A stretch of DNA of 64,000 nt from the human T2T-CHM13v2.0 reference genome, Homo sapiens: assembly GCF_009914755.1 (NCBI RefSeq), contig NC_060945.1. One strand, given 5' to 3'. Under the pieces are notes generated by a model. That model ran no database searches. It saw only the letters and a program-made list of their open reading frames with translations, and had not been told where the DNA came from. The number at the start of each line of letters is the position of its first letter. Position 1 is the first letter of the stretch. A program made the position numbers and the translations under genes. Shown piece after piece: positions 11,601 to 24,600 of this stretch.

Positions 11601-12690
11601 TGCTCCCTTGATATTCTGAGGGTAGCAAGGGCAGTTTCACTGCGGAGGCAATGGCAGAGAGAATTTCGTTTGCTCCTGGAAGCTCTGTCCAGGGAATTGC
11701 TGAGTTGCTACTGGCTGGATAGCTCTGATGGTGGACTGGCTGGAGACCCAGGTCAGTAGGACCTGCCCATCAAGTAGACTGTCTGGCCACTTTTCTGTCA
11801 GGCTGCTGTGGTATGCTGGGGGTCCCCTCCAGTCCCTAACTGCCTTGTATTTTCCAGGGAAGATGATAGCCTGCCCCTTCCTCTGGGAGCTCTGTGCCAC
11901 TGAGGTATGAACTTGTTGCCAGTATGAACACACCTATAAGATGTGACTGGAGACAAGTTGAGAAGTCTTATCTAGTCAGGAGGAACAAAAACAGGCACTG
12001 AGTTAAAAAAAAAAAAGTCTGGGCATGTTTTTCTAGAGCAGCTGTGCTATGCCGGGTGTTCCCTTCCACTCCTGGTTGCCTCAGACACTCTGAAGCCCTA
12101 ATGCTGAAATGGCTGAGTTGCCCCAACAGCAAAGACAACAGTCTGGTCCTCCCCCTGGGAGCTCTGACTCAGGGAGGCCTGAAACCTCTGTCGGCCAGAG
12201 AACAGCAGTGAAGGCAGCTGGAGACCCTGGTTGAAAGGCTTCACCTGCTGATTAGAAATGTGGTCGGGGACTGACTTAAACAAGAGTCTGGCCACGTTTT
12301 TATAGTGTGGCCGTGCTGCGCTGAGGTTCCTCTTCCACCCCTTGTCACCTTGGGCTTTCCAAAGCCCGCAAACCAGAACGGCTAGTCACCCAAACAGCAA
12401 AGGTGGTGGCCTGCCCCTCTCTCTGGGAGCTCTGTCCCGTGAACACTTCAAATTTCTATTGGCCAAGGAATGCTGGTGGCGGTAGCTGGAGGCCCCATTT
12501 GGGAGGTCCTGTACAGTGATGTGCAACAGGGTCGGGGGCCTGCTTACAGAAGCATTCTGGCCATGATTTGGTAAAGCAGCTATGCTGTGCTGTGGGATCT
12601 CTTCTGCCCCTTGTCGGTTTATACTCTCCAAAGCCCTCAGGCTGGAATGACTAAGTTGCCTGAACCGGAAAGATGGCGGCCTGCCCCATC
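8625..12690 (-). mobile_element. Old primate L1 5' portion (long GC-rich 5'UTR, ORF1, start of ORF2)
   Basis: Minus ORFs MRKNLCENTENSKSQHAFFPPNDCINSPA and SRIDQAEERIPELENWLSEIKQADK are ORF1p-like; repeated ggcctgccc..ctgggagctctgt units in the 5'UTR. Confidence 0.85.
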
Positions 12691-13059
12691 TATTCTCTCA
12701 GAGTTCATCTTGTTTGATGGAGTTTAATTTTTAGCCTATTAATTTTACTGTCTACATTAGACTTGTTCGGAAAGAATCTGCTATATTTTAGGTTAGATAT
12801 ATGAGAATTCATTGTTTTCTGTAAATAAACCTGTTCATGTCTTGTTCTCTGGAAAGAAATCTCTTTCAACTATCTGACTTTGGTCACAGTCATGTAGAGC
12901 AGTATCCAGTCTATAATGACAATTGAATTTCCATTTCCAGTGTTTTGTTTTTGTGTCTTACATTGTACAGTTCAGAAATGAGCATTTTATTCCCAATTGT
13001 CAAAATGCTAAGCTGTCCACTGTACTGAAATACTGTTTTTGTTAATGCTTCGTCATTCA

Positions 13060-13470
13060 ATTTTTTTTAAGGTGAACACTTTTATCCAACTTTTCTCAAG
13101 TCAGAGTACAGGTAAGCCCTGGCTGCCTCGAACCACTCTCAGAGAGACCAAAACCCTTCATACATTCCAAGTTGGGATACAAAAAAGTGGGGCCATGAAG
13201 GCTAGTCATTCAAAATAAAACAAAATTTAAAAGTATTAAGGCAAAGATTTAAAAAAATTTGCATTATGTAATTTACACAAAAGCAATGCTATCGCCTACC
13301 ATGTGTGAACTCGGGAGAGGACTGGGCCATTCTCCTTAGAGAGAAGTAGGGTGGCTTTTAGGAGGGCAAGGGACTTCCTGAAACAGTGCATCTCACAATA
13401 TTTGGAATGACTATTGAAAAGAAGAACATTGTACAATCAAAGTCCTTGGCAACATTGTAGAACTAGCGGG
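13060..13470 (-). pseudogene. ACTB: ACTB 3'UTR retrocopy fragment
   Basis: Matches recalled reverse-complement ACTB 3'UTR (tacaggtaagccctggctgcc; gggagaggactgggccattctccttagagagaagt; atatttggaatgactatt) with a T-tract at the mRNA 3' end; no coding part present. Confidence 0.88.
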
Positions 13471-13645
13471 TGCTGACCCCTGAGCCACAACCACAGTTCT
13501 GGGTTTGGGGTTTGGTAAAACCACCCCAAGGACAGAGTTCTGGGGCCGGGTTTTGGAGGAACCAAGACGCCTCCCAGGGATGGTGTGTCACTCCTGCTTG
13601 CCATGAAATGTGCACACAGTCTGTCCCCCTGCCCATCCCATCCTG

Positions 13646-14613
13646 CTGGACAGGATGGAGGAAGTGAGGGAACAGGCAGGGTGGACAGCTGGAATTCAGG
13701 GAGAGGCAGGTGCATGCTGGGAGGTCAGGACCTGTGAGGGCTGTGGGGGCATCAGGTGGAGTGGGCTCCAGGTGCACCCTCAGTGCACAGGGCAGGTCTC
13801 AGGCCAGGCTCCCTGGACCCCGGCTGGGTGATGTGGTCACTCCCTGGGGGACTGCTGTCAGACCCTGGCCACCCTCCCTGGGCAGCACCGTCCCATCCCA
13901 GAACTGGACATTCTGAGTCCTAAAACAGGACAGTGCTGCCCAGGCCTGACAGACTGGGAGGACCTGTGAAGTCCTCCATCCCTAGACCAGCCTCCCAACA
14001 GCAGGGACAGTCTCCTACCTTTACCTTCAGGGCACTGACTGGTACATCTCATTCTAAGGCAACCAAGGCAGAGCTGAGGACCTGTGCCAGGCTGGGAGCC
14101 AGTCCTCTCCCTAAATGGGCCTTAGGGAAGCCTCATGCCTGTCCCAGTGCACTGCAAGTTTCAGCCCAGGAGACACATAGGGAAGTGAGGACGGGGCCTC
14201 CCCACTGGCTGACCCTGGAAAAGTGGGACCTGGGAGAAGAGGGAGTGCAGGGCTGGCAGGGGATGCTCCAGGCCCATGGAGAGCTCAGGCTGCACCAAGG
14301 GGCTTCCCCTCCTGGGCTGGAGGCTGTGCCCTCTGCAGTATCTGAGGAAGTCCAGTCCTGAGATGGGACAGTGCTACCCAGAGTGGGTGTCCAGCACCTG
14401 ACAACAGTCTCCCAGCAAGTGACCACATCACCCGACCAAGGTCCAGGGAGCCTGGGCCAAGACCTGCCCAGTGCGCTGAGGGTGCACCTGGAGCCCACAC
14501 CACCTGACGCCCCCACAACCCTCATAGGGTCTGACCTCCCAGCATGCACCTGCCTCTCCCTGAAACCAAGCTGCCCACCCTGCCTGTTCCCTGGCCTCCT
14601 CCATCCTGTGCAG
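13646..14613. repeat. Inverted repeat with ~265 bp arms (13646-13909 and 14350-14613)
   Basis: Arms are reverse complements; ORFs 13710..13916(+) and 14133..14618(-) give near-identical peptides. Confidence 0.92.
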
Positions 14614-14824
14614 ACCATAGACTGTGACTATCTCTCCGACCACTCTGGCCCTTCCTTTACCTTTGTCCTGTCAGAATCTCTGAGCAAGATCTCCCAGGTC
14701 CATCCAAACACCTGCTTTGTCCACTTTTGACTGGGCCATTGAACACCACTGGGCCACCCCAGCTGTCCACAGGCTCCTCGATAACATGCATTTCCCCTGA
14801 CATCTCCCAGCAGTACTCAGCAGC

Positions 14825-15610
14825 CCCCACTGACCAGGTCCCTGGTGACCAGTTCCAGCATATCACTTCCTCCCTGACCACACCCTCACTGATTAGAGCC
14901 CCATCACCAGGCCTCACTAACTAGATTCCCGCTGCCAGGCCCACAATGACCAGGACTCCACTGACGAGGACCTTACTGACAAGGCCTCACTGGCAAGGCC
15001 TCACTGGCAAGGCCTCACTGACGAGGTCCTTACTGACAAGGCCTCACTGATCAGGTTCCACCGATCATGACCCCATTGTCTGGTCCCACAGATGAAGCCC
15101 CACTGGCCAGGCCTGCAGGGAATAGGCAGCCAGTGACCAGGCCCCTGCTAACCAGGACTGAGGTGACAAGATGCTCCTGACTGGGACCCTAATGACTACG
15201 CCCCACTGAACAGGCACGCACTGCTCAGATCCCCGCTGACCAGGTCACCCCGTAGACCAGTGCTACAAAAGCCACCAATGATCAAGTCCTCTCTGACCAG
15301 GCCCCCACTGATTAAGTTCCAAGGACCAGCCTGCCCTGACCAGGGCCCCACTGACAAGCGTCTCTGCTGACTAGGTCCCAAGGTCTCCACTGACCAAGTC
15401 CCACAGCCCAGGTTGGCACTGACCAGACACCAAACATTTGTCTACCACTATCAACCCACTCACCAAGGCATGCACTACTAGATCCCTCTAATGAGACCCG
15501 CTCTAAGCAGACCCCTGCTGACCACCCCCCACTAAATAGGCCTCACTGACAAGTCCCAACTGACTAGGTCCCCTGAGCAGGCCCACACTGATCAGGCCCC
15601 TCCTAACCAT
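14825..15610. repeat. ACTGACCAGG-type minisatellite (copy 2)
   Basis: Same motif and colinear unit order as 60-970; upstream flank ccagctgtccacagg at 14759 matches position 1. Confidence 0.85.
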
Positions 15611-15619
15611 ATCAGAAGA

Positions 15620-18600
15620 CCAAGAGGCAATGAGATGTTTCATATGGCAGGAGTAGGAGCAAGACAGAGAGGGGAAAGAGGCATGACATCCTGTTAGACA
15701 ACCAGATCACATGAGAACTCACTATCAGGAGATCAGCATCAAGAAGACTAACCAATGGTGAAGGATTCTCCAACCACACCACCGCCCACTGCTTCCAGGC
15801 AGAAGCCTCCTGCAGAGGCAGAACCTCTTATGAAACTTCCACTATGGCAGTGCAGAAGGAAAATATAGGCTTTGAGCCCCCACACAAGAGGTCACGATCC
15901 TCCAGACTCCAGATTAATAAGCCCACCAACAGCTCACACTCTGAGTATGGAAAAGCTACAGGCACTCAACACCAACCCAGCCCATGAGAGCAGCCATGGG
16001 GGCTACACCCTGCAAAGTCACAGGTGCACTCTCCTAGTAGAGGTTTCCCATGAGCCTCTGCCTCTGCAGCAGGTTACTCCCACCCTCCCACCACCCTACT
16101 GACAACCTACTCCTCCCCACACTATCCCTCCTTTTCCTTCCACCCCAACCCCCTCTCATCCAAGATTAAGTCACCTCCCACCTGGCCCACCTCCAACATT
16201 AAGGATGACACGTGAGTTTTATAGGGACACACAGCCAACCCATATTATTCTGACCCTGATTCCCCAGAACCTCATGTCCTTCTCACAGAGCAAAACACAA
16301 TCATGCCTTTTCAAAAGTTTCCAAAAGTCTTAACTCATTCCGAATGTAAAAATTTCAAAATCTCATCTGAGACAAGGTTACAGTCCCTTCTGCCAATGAG
16401 TCCCTGAATTTAAAAGGGATTTCTTTTCCTTCAAGGTAGAACAGGCATTGGGTAAGGTTTCTCAATCCAAAGGGAAGAAGTTGCCCAGAAAAATAACACA
16501 AATGCAAGTCCAAAACCCAGCAGGACAGTATTCACTCAATCTCACAGCTCCAAAATCATCAAGAGGACTCACTGTCGTGCGGACAGCATTAAGGAGATAG
16601 TGTTTACTCATTTGTGAAGAATCTGCCCCCCACCTTCACCTTTCACTCCCACCCACAAAATAATCTCTCCCATTCTCCCCACACCCCTACCTCCAACACC
16701 CACTCTTCTCCATGATTAAATCACCTCCCACCAGTTCCCACCTTTAACATTCCCCACTACAATTCCACATGAGCATGGGTAGGGACACAGAATCAAATTA
16801 TATTATTCTGGCTCTTGCTCCCCAAATCTTGTATCCTTGTCACACTGCAAAATACACTGATGACTTCTCTACTGTCCCCCAATGACTTAACTCATTCCAG
16901 CATTTACTGAAATGTACAAGGACTTACAGACCCCATGCAAGTCAAAAACCCAGCAGGCCAGTCATTGAATCCTGCAGCTCCAAATCATCTTTTCTGAATC
17001 TACATCTCACATCTAGAGCACAGGTGTGTGATGCCTGGGCTTCCAAGGCCTTGGGCAGCTCTGCACCTGTGGCTGTGCAGGGTCTATACCCCACAGCTGC
17101 CCTCATGGGCTGGGCTGATGTTGAGTGCCTGTAGCATTTCCATACTAAGGGTGCCAGCTGTTGGTGAGTCTATGAATCTGGAGTCTGGAGAATGGTGCCT
17201 CCATATTTAGGGACTCCAGCCCTAAATTCTCCTTCGGTACTGCCCTAGTAAAAGTTTCCCATGAGGCTCTGCCTCTTGGAAAAGATTTTGTGTGAACACC
17301 CAGGTTTTTCCGTACATACTCTGGAGTCTAGACAAAGGCTTGCAAGCTTCTAGTTTTGTGCTGTGTGCAGCTGCTGGCTTAACACTATGTGGAAGCCACC
17401 AAGCCTTGAAGCTTGCACCCCTGAAGCAGTGATGCAAGCTGTACCTGTGCATCTTTCAGCCAAGGCTGGAGCTGGAGCTTCAGGAATGCAGCCAGCAGTG
17501 TCCTGAGGTTGGACATAGCAGTGGGGCCATGGGGCTGGAGAAGGAAACCATTCTTTTCTCCCAGGCCTCAGGGCCTGTGATAGCAAGGGCTGCTGCAAAA
17601 GTCTCTGAAATGCCTTCAAGACCTTTTTAACATTGTATTGGCTATTAGCACTGAACTCCTTTTTATGCACATTTCTGAAGACTTTTTGAACTTTCCCACT
17701 GATAATCAGCTTTTCTTTTTGGCCACTTGGCCAGGCTTCAAATTATCCAAACTTTTAAGCTCTCCTTCTCATTTAAATACAAGTTTCACCTTGAGGTCAT
17801 TTCTTTGGTCACATATAGGACCACAGGCTGTTCGACACAGACAGGAAACCTCTTAAGCTTTGCTGCCTAAAATTTCATTCCACCAAATACACTCTAAATT
17901 ATCACCCTGATGTTCAAAATTTCACAGGTCTCCAGGTTAGGGGCATTGTGCAGCAACAATCTTTGCTAAGAAAAAAACAAAAGTGACCTTGACTCCTGTT
18001 CCCAGCAAGCTCCTCATTTTCATGTGAGACCTTCTAAGCCTGGTGATCACTGTCCATCCTTCTGTCACCTTTTTAATTATAACTATTTAACAAGTCTCTA
18101 CACTGTTCCAAACTTTTCCTCATCTTCCTGTCTTCTTCCAAGACCTCCAAACTCTCCAACCTCTGGCCATTACACACTTCTCAACCTGCTTCTACATTTT
18201 CAGCTACGTTTGTCACAGCCTGGCAATGTGGTAAAAGAAGAAAAGTCTATTTCAGGAGAAAAATTAATGCAGGCTTCAGACATTTGCCTGAAAAGAAGCT
18301 GAGTGCTGATTGCCAAGAGAATAGGAAAAAGGCCTTGAAGGCATTTCATAGTTCCACTTTATAGCATTATTTTTCTGTATAATCAGAAAGAAAAGAGGTT
18401 GAACTGGCTCATGGTTCTACAAGCTTTAAATAAATCATAGAGGCTTCTGCTTCTGGGAGGACTCAGGAAGCCTCCCAATCATACCAGAAGACCAAGCAGC
18501 AATGGGATGTTTTATATGGCAGTAGTAGAAACAAAACAGAGAGAGGAAAAAGGTGCCACGCGTTGTATAACCCTGTTATACAACCAGATTTCCTGAGAAC

Positions 18601-21600
18601 TCATTATCACAAGGTCAGTATCAAGAAGATGTTGCTTAACCATTGGTGAAAGTTCTGCCCCCTACCACCCACACCCCTCACTGTTTCCGGGCAGAAGCCT
18701 GAGGAAGAGGCAGAGCCACTAGGAAAACCTCTAATAGGGCAGAGCAGAAAAAGTATATGGGCTTGGAGGCCCCACACAGGAGTTTACCATCCTCAGACCC
18801 CAGATTCATAGACTCACCAACAGCTTGCACTCTCAGTATGGAAAAGCTACAGGCATTCAAGCAACAGCCCAGCCTATGAGGGCAGCCATGGGGGCTACAA
18901 CCTGCAAAGCCATAGGTGCACTGCCCTGGTGGAGGTTTTCCTTGAGGCTTTGCCTCTGCAGCAGGCTACTCCCCCTTACTACTGCCCACGAACCTCTCAC
19001 CACCCTACTGCCAGCCTACTCCTCCCCATCCTACCCATTTGTTTTCCCTTCCACCCCTACCAACCTCCTGTTTGTGATTAAATCACCTCCCACCAGGCCC
19101 AACCTACAACTGTCAGGAATACAATTCCCCGTGAGTTTTTGTAGGGAAACACAGCCAAACCATATTATCCTGACCCTGACACCCCCACATCTCATGTCCT
19201 TCTCACACAGAAAAATACAAACATGCCTTTTCAAAAGTTTCAAAAAGTCTTAACTCATTCCAGCAGTAACTCAAAGGTAGTAAGTTCAAGTCTCATCCAA
19301 GACAAGGCTGCAATCCCTTCTGCCTATGAGTCCCTGAATGTAAAAGACAATTCTTTTCTTTCAAGTTACAATGATGGCACAGGCATTGGGTAGGCTTTCT
19401 TAAACCAAAGGGAAGGTTTTCCCAGAAAAATAACACAAATGGGACACAGGCCCAATCCGACTCCAAAACCCAGCAGGACAGCATTCATTTATCACGAGAA
19501 CTCACTATCACACAGACTGCATTAAGGAGATAGTATTTAAACATTTGTGAAGGATCTGCCACCCATCCCCATGTTTCACCCTCACCCACACCATGAACCT
19601 CCATTCTCCCACATCCCCCTTCCAACCCCCATTCTCTACCATGATTAAATCACCTTCTACGAAGCCCCACACTTAACATTCCCCATTATAATTCCACATG
19701 AGTTTTGGTAGGGACACAGAGCCAAATCGTATTATTCTCCTTTGGCCCCCCAATCTCACACCCTTCTCATACTGCAAAATACAATGATGCATTCTCTACA
19801 GTCCCCCAATGTCTGAACTCATTCCAGCATTTACTCAAATGTCCATTTGTGAAGGATCTACCCCCTACCCCTGCCTTTCACCCCCAACCCCACCACAATC
19901 GCCCCCAACCCTCCCCACCCCTTAATCCCCCCAACCCTCCCCACCCCCAACCATCTAACCTCCACTCTTCACCATGATTAACTCACCTTCCACCAGCCCC
20001 CACCTTTAACATTTCCCATTAAAATTCTACATGAGTTTTGGTAGAGACACAGAGCCAAAACATATTATTCTGTCCCTGGTCCCCCAAAGTTCATGTCTTT
20101 CTCACATTGCAAAATGCAATGAGGCCTTCCCTAGAGTCCCCCAAATCTTAACTCATCCCAGCATTTACTCAAATGTCCAAAGGCCAAAGTCTTCTCTGAG
20201 ACAAGGCTGCCATATCTTCTGCCCTGAGCCTCTGAAATACAAAGCAAGTTAACCACTTCCAAGTTACAATGATTGTACAGGCATTGGGTAAGCATTCCAA
20301 GCCAAAAAGTAGAAATTTCCCAGAAAGAAGCACAAAACACAGATGGGACTTACAAACCCCCTGCAAGTCAAAAACCCAGCAGGCCAGGCATTCCATCATA
20401 CAGCTCCAAATCATCTTTTTGGAATCTATGTCCACATCCAGAGCACAGGGTTTTGTGATGGCTGGGATCCCAAGGCCTTGGGCAGCTCTGCACATGTGGC
20501 ATTGCAGAATCTTCCCCCTACAGCTGCCCTCATTGGCTAGGCTGGTGTTGAGTGCCTGTAGCTTTTCAACACTAAGGGTGCAAGCAGCTGGTGGGTCTAT
20601 GATACTGGGGTCTGGAAAATGGTGCCTCCCTGTATGGGGACTCCAACCCTACACTTTCCTTTTGTACTGCCCGAGTAGAGGTTTACCATGAGGCTCTGCC
20701 TCTTGGAAAAGCTTCTAGTTAGACACTCAGGATTTCTGATATATCCTCTGGAGTCCAGACCAAGGCTCTGAAGCTTCTAGTCCTGTGCTTTATGCACCTG
20801 CTGGCTTAACACTATGTGGAAGCCACCAAGGCTTGGAGCTTGCATCCTCTGAAGCAGTGACACAAGCTGTACCTGTGCATCTTTCATCCATGGCTGGAGC
20901 TGGAAAAGGAGCTGCAGGGATGCAGGCAGCAGTGTCCTGAGGCTGCACACAGCAGTGGAGCCATGGGGCTGGGCCAGGAAACTATTCTTTTCTCCTAAAC
21001 CCCAGGGCCAGTGACAGCAAGGGCTGCTACAAAGTCTCTGAAACGCCTTCAAGGCCTTTTTCCCATTGTCTTGAATTATTAGCACTGGGCTCCTTTTTAG
21101 GCAAATATCCGAAGGCTTCTTGATTTTCCCCCTGAAAATCAGCTTTTCTTTTTGACCATTTGTCCATATTACAAATTTTCCAAATGTTGAAGCTCTGCTT
21201 CTCATTTAAATATAAGTTCCAACTTATGGTAATTTCTTTCATCACACATAGGAGCACAGGCTGTTCGACGTAGGCCGGACAACTCTTCAGCTTTGCTGCT
21301 TAGAAGTTCATTCCACCAGATACACCCTAAATCATCACCCTAAAGTTCAGTTTCACAGATCTCCAGGGAATGGTCACTGTGTAGCCAATTACTTTGCTAA
21401 GGCAAAAGAAAAAAACCTTGGCTCCTTTTCCCAGTAAGTTCCTCATTTTCATCTGAGACCTTACAAGCCTGGCCTTCAGTGTCCATCCTTCTGTCAGCCT
21501 TTTAATCATAACTATTTAACAAGTCTCTGCAATGGTCCAAACTTTCCCTCATCTTGCTATCTTCTTCCAAGCTCTCCAAACTCTCTAACCTCTGGCCATT

Positions 21601-24600
21601 AACCAATTTGGAACCTGCTTCTACACTGTCAGCTATCTTTGTTGCAGCCTGGCGATATGGTAAAAGAAGAAAAGTCCATTATCAGGGGAAACATCAAGAT
21701 GGCCTCCAATATTTGCATTGAATAAAGCTCAGCGCTAATAGCCAAGAGAATGGGGGAAACGCCTAGAAGTCATTTCATAACTTCACTTCACAGCATTAAT
21801 TTTCTGTATCTACATAAAGAAAAGAGGTCTAATTGACTCACAGTTCTTCAGGCTGTAAAGAAAGCATAGTGGTTTCTGCTTGTAGGAGGACTCAGAAAGC
21901 CTCCCAATTATACCAGAAGGCCAAGCGGCAATGAAATATTTCATATGGCAGGAGTAGAAGCAAGACAGAGAGAGGAAAGAGGTGAGACATCCTGTTATAC
22001 AACTATATCTCATGAGAGCTCACTATCAGGAGATCAGCATCAAGAAGATTGTGCTTAACTGTTGGTGAAGGATCCGCCCACCTCCCCATATCCACCACCC
22101 ACTGTTTCCAAGCAGAAGCCTGAGGCAGAGACAGATCCCCTTGGAAAACCTCTACTAGGGCAGTACAGAAGGAAAATATGGGCTTGGAGCCCCCACGCCA
22201 CCATCCTCCAGACCCAAGAGTCATGGACCCACCAACAGCTCACACCCCCAGTATGGAAAAGCTTCAGGTACTCAACACCAGCCCAGCCCATGAGAGCAGC
22301 AGCAGGTGCTAAACCCTGCAAAGCCACAGGTGCAAAACCACAGGTGCACTGCCTTAGTAGAGGTTTTCCATGAGCCTCTGCCTCTGTGGCAGGCTACTCC
22401 CTTCCTGCTACACACCACCCTACAGCCAGCCTACTCCTCCCCCCCTTACCCACCTGTTTTTACTTCCAACCCCACCCATCTCCCATCCATGAATAAGTCA
22501 CCTCTCACCAGTCCCCACCTGCAACATTCGGGATTACAATTACATGTGAGTTTAGGTAGGGACACACAGCTAAACCATATTATTCTGACCCTGATCCCCC
22601 AATATCATATCCTTCTCACAGAGTAAAATACAATCATGCCTTTTCAAAAGTTGCCAAAAGTCTTAAGTCATTTCAGCATTAACTCGAATGTAAAAAGTTC
22701 CACGTCTCACCTGAGAAAAGGCTACAGTCCCTTTTGCCTATAAGTCCCTGAATTTAAAAGGGAGTTCTTTTCTTTCAAGGTACAATGATGGTACAGGCAT
22801 TGGGTAAGTTTTCTCAATCCAAAGGGTAGAGGTTTGCCAGGAAAATAACACAAATGGGATCACAGGGCCAATGCAAGTCCAAAACCCAGGAGACCAGTAT
22901 CCATTAAATCTCACAGCTCCAAAACCATCACGAGAACTCACCATCATGAGGAAAGGATTAAGGAGATGGTGTTTAACTATTTGTGAGGGATCATCCCCCC
23001 ACCCCCACTTTTCACCCCTCACCCCCAGCATAATCCACCCATCCTCCCCAGTCTCCACCTTCCAACACCCAGTTCCCTCCATGATTAAATCACCTTCCAC
23101 CTGGCCCCAATTTTAACATTTCTGATTACAATTCCACATGAGTTTCCATAGCGACACACAGCCGAATCTTATTATTCTGTCCCTGCCTCCCCAAATCTCA
23201 TGTCCTTCTCATTTTGCAAAATACAGTGATGCCTTACTTACAATTCCCCAAGCCACTATGCTTTTTTTTTACAGCCTGCAGAACCATCAGCCGATTAAAC
23301 CCCTTTTTGTTATGATCATACAGAAAATTAGTACTGTGAAGTGAAGCTATGAAATGCCTTCAATGACTTTTCCCCATCGTCTTGGCTAAGACCTCCAAGG
23401 TCTTAACTCATTCCAGCATTTACTTCAATGTCTGAAGCCCAAAGTCTCATCTGAGACAAAGATGCAGTCCCTTCTGTTCCTGAGCCTCTGAAATACAAAG
23501 CAAGTTAACTATTTCCAAGGTATGATTGTCCAGGCATTGAGTAAGAATTCCCACCCTAAAGGAAGATTTTTGCCAGAGAGAACAACGAAACACAAACGGG
23601 ACTTACAGGTCCCAGGAAAATCCAAAACCCAGCAGGCCAGTTACTCAAACCTACAGCTCCAAAGTCATCCTTTTTTAATCCTTGTCCCACATCCAGGGCA
23701 CAAGGGCATGAGGGCTGGACTCCCAAGGCCTTGGGCTGGTCTGCACCTGTGGCTTTGCAGTTTTCAGTCCCCACAGCTGCCCTCATGGGCTGTGCTGGTG
23801 TTGAGTGCCTGTAGTTTTTACCCACAGAGTGTACAAAGCTCTTGGTGGGTCTATGAATCTGGGGTCTGCATATGGTGGCCTCCAGTGTGGGGGCTCCAAC
23901 CCCCTATTTTCCTTCTGCACTGCCTTAGTAGAGGTTTCCCAGGAGGCTCTCCTTTTTTGGCAGCCTTCTGTCTGGACACCCAGGCATTTTCATACATCTT
24001 CCAAAATCTATATGAAGGCTCTGAAGCCTCTGGGCTAGTGCTCTATGGACTAGCTGGCTTAAGACTATGTGGAAGCCGTGAAGCCTTATAGCTTGTACCC
24101 TCTGAAGCAGTGATGCAATCTGTACCTGTGCATCTTTCAGCCAAGGTCGGAGCAGGAGCTGCGGCTGCTGGGATGCAGGCAGCAGTGTCCTGAGGCTGCA
24201 CACAGCAGCAGGGCCATGGGGCTGGCCCCAGAAACCATTCTTCTCTCCTAGGCCCCAGGGTCTGTGACACCAAGGGCTGCTGCAACCATCTCTGAAATGC
24301 CTCCAAGGCTTTTTCCCCCCATTGTCTTGGCTATTAGCACTGGCCTCCATTTTATGCAAATTTCTGGAGCCTTCATGAATTTTCCCCCTGAAAATCAGCT
24401 TTTCTTTTTGACCACTTGGCCAGGCTGCAAATGCTTCTAAACTTTTGAGCTCTGCTTGTCATTTAAATATAAGTTCCAACTTGAGGTCATTTCCTCGGTC
24501 ACACATAACCTCGGTCACACAAGAACACGGGCTGTTTGATGCAGACAGGATCCCCCTTGTGCTATGCTGCCTAGAAGTTCATTCCACCAGATATGCACTA

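Noticed and set aside
23522-24091. 189-aa ORF in the MST array
   Set aside because: Lies in MST internal sequence and is not kept open in the other units.
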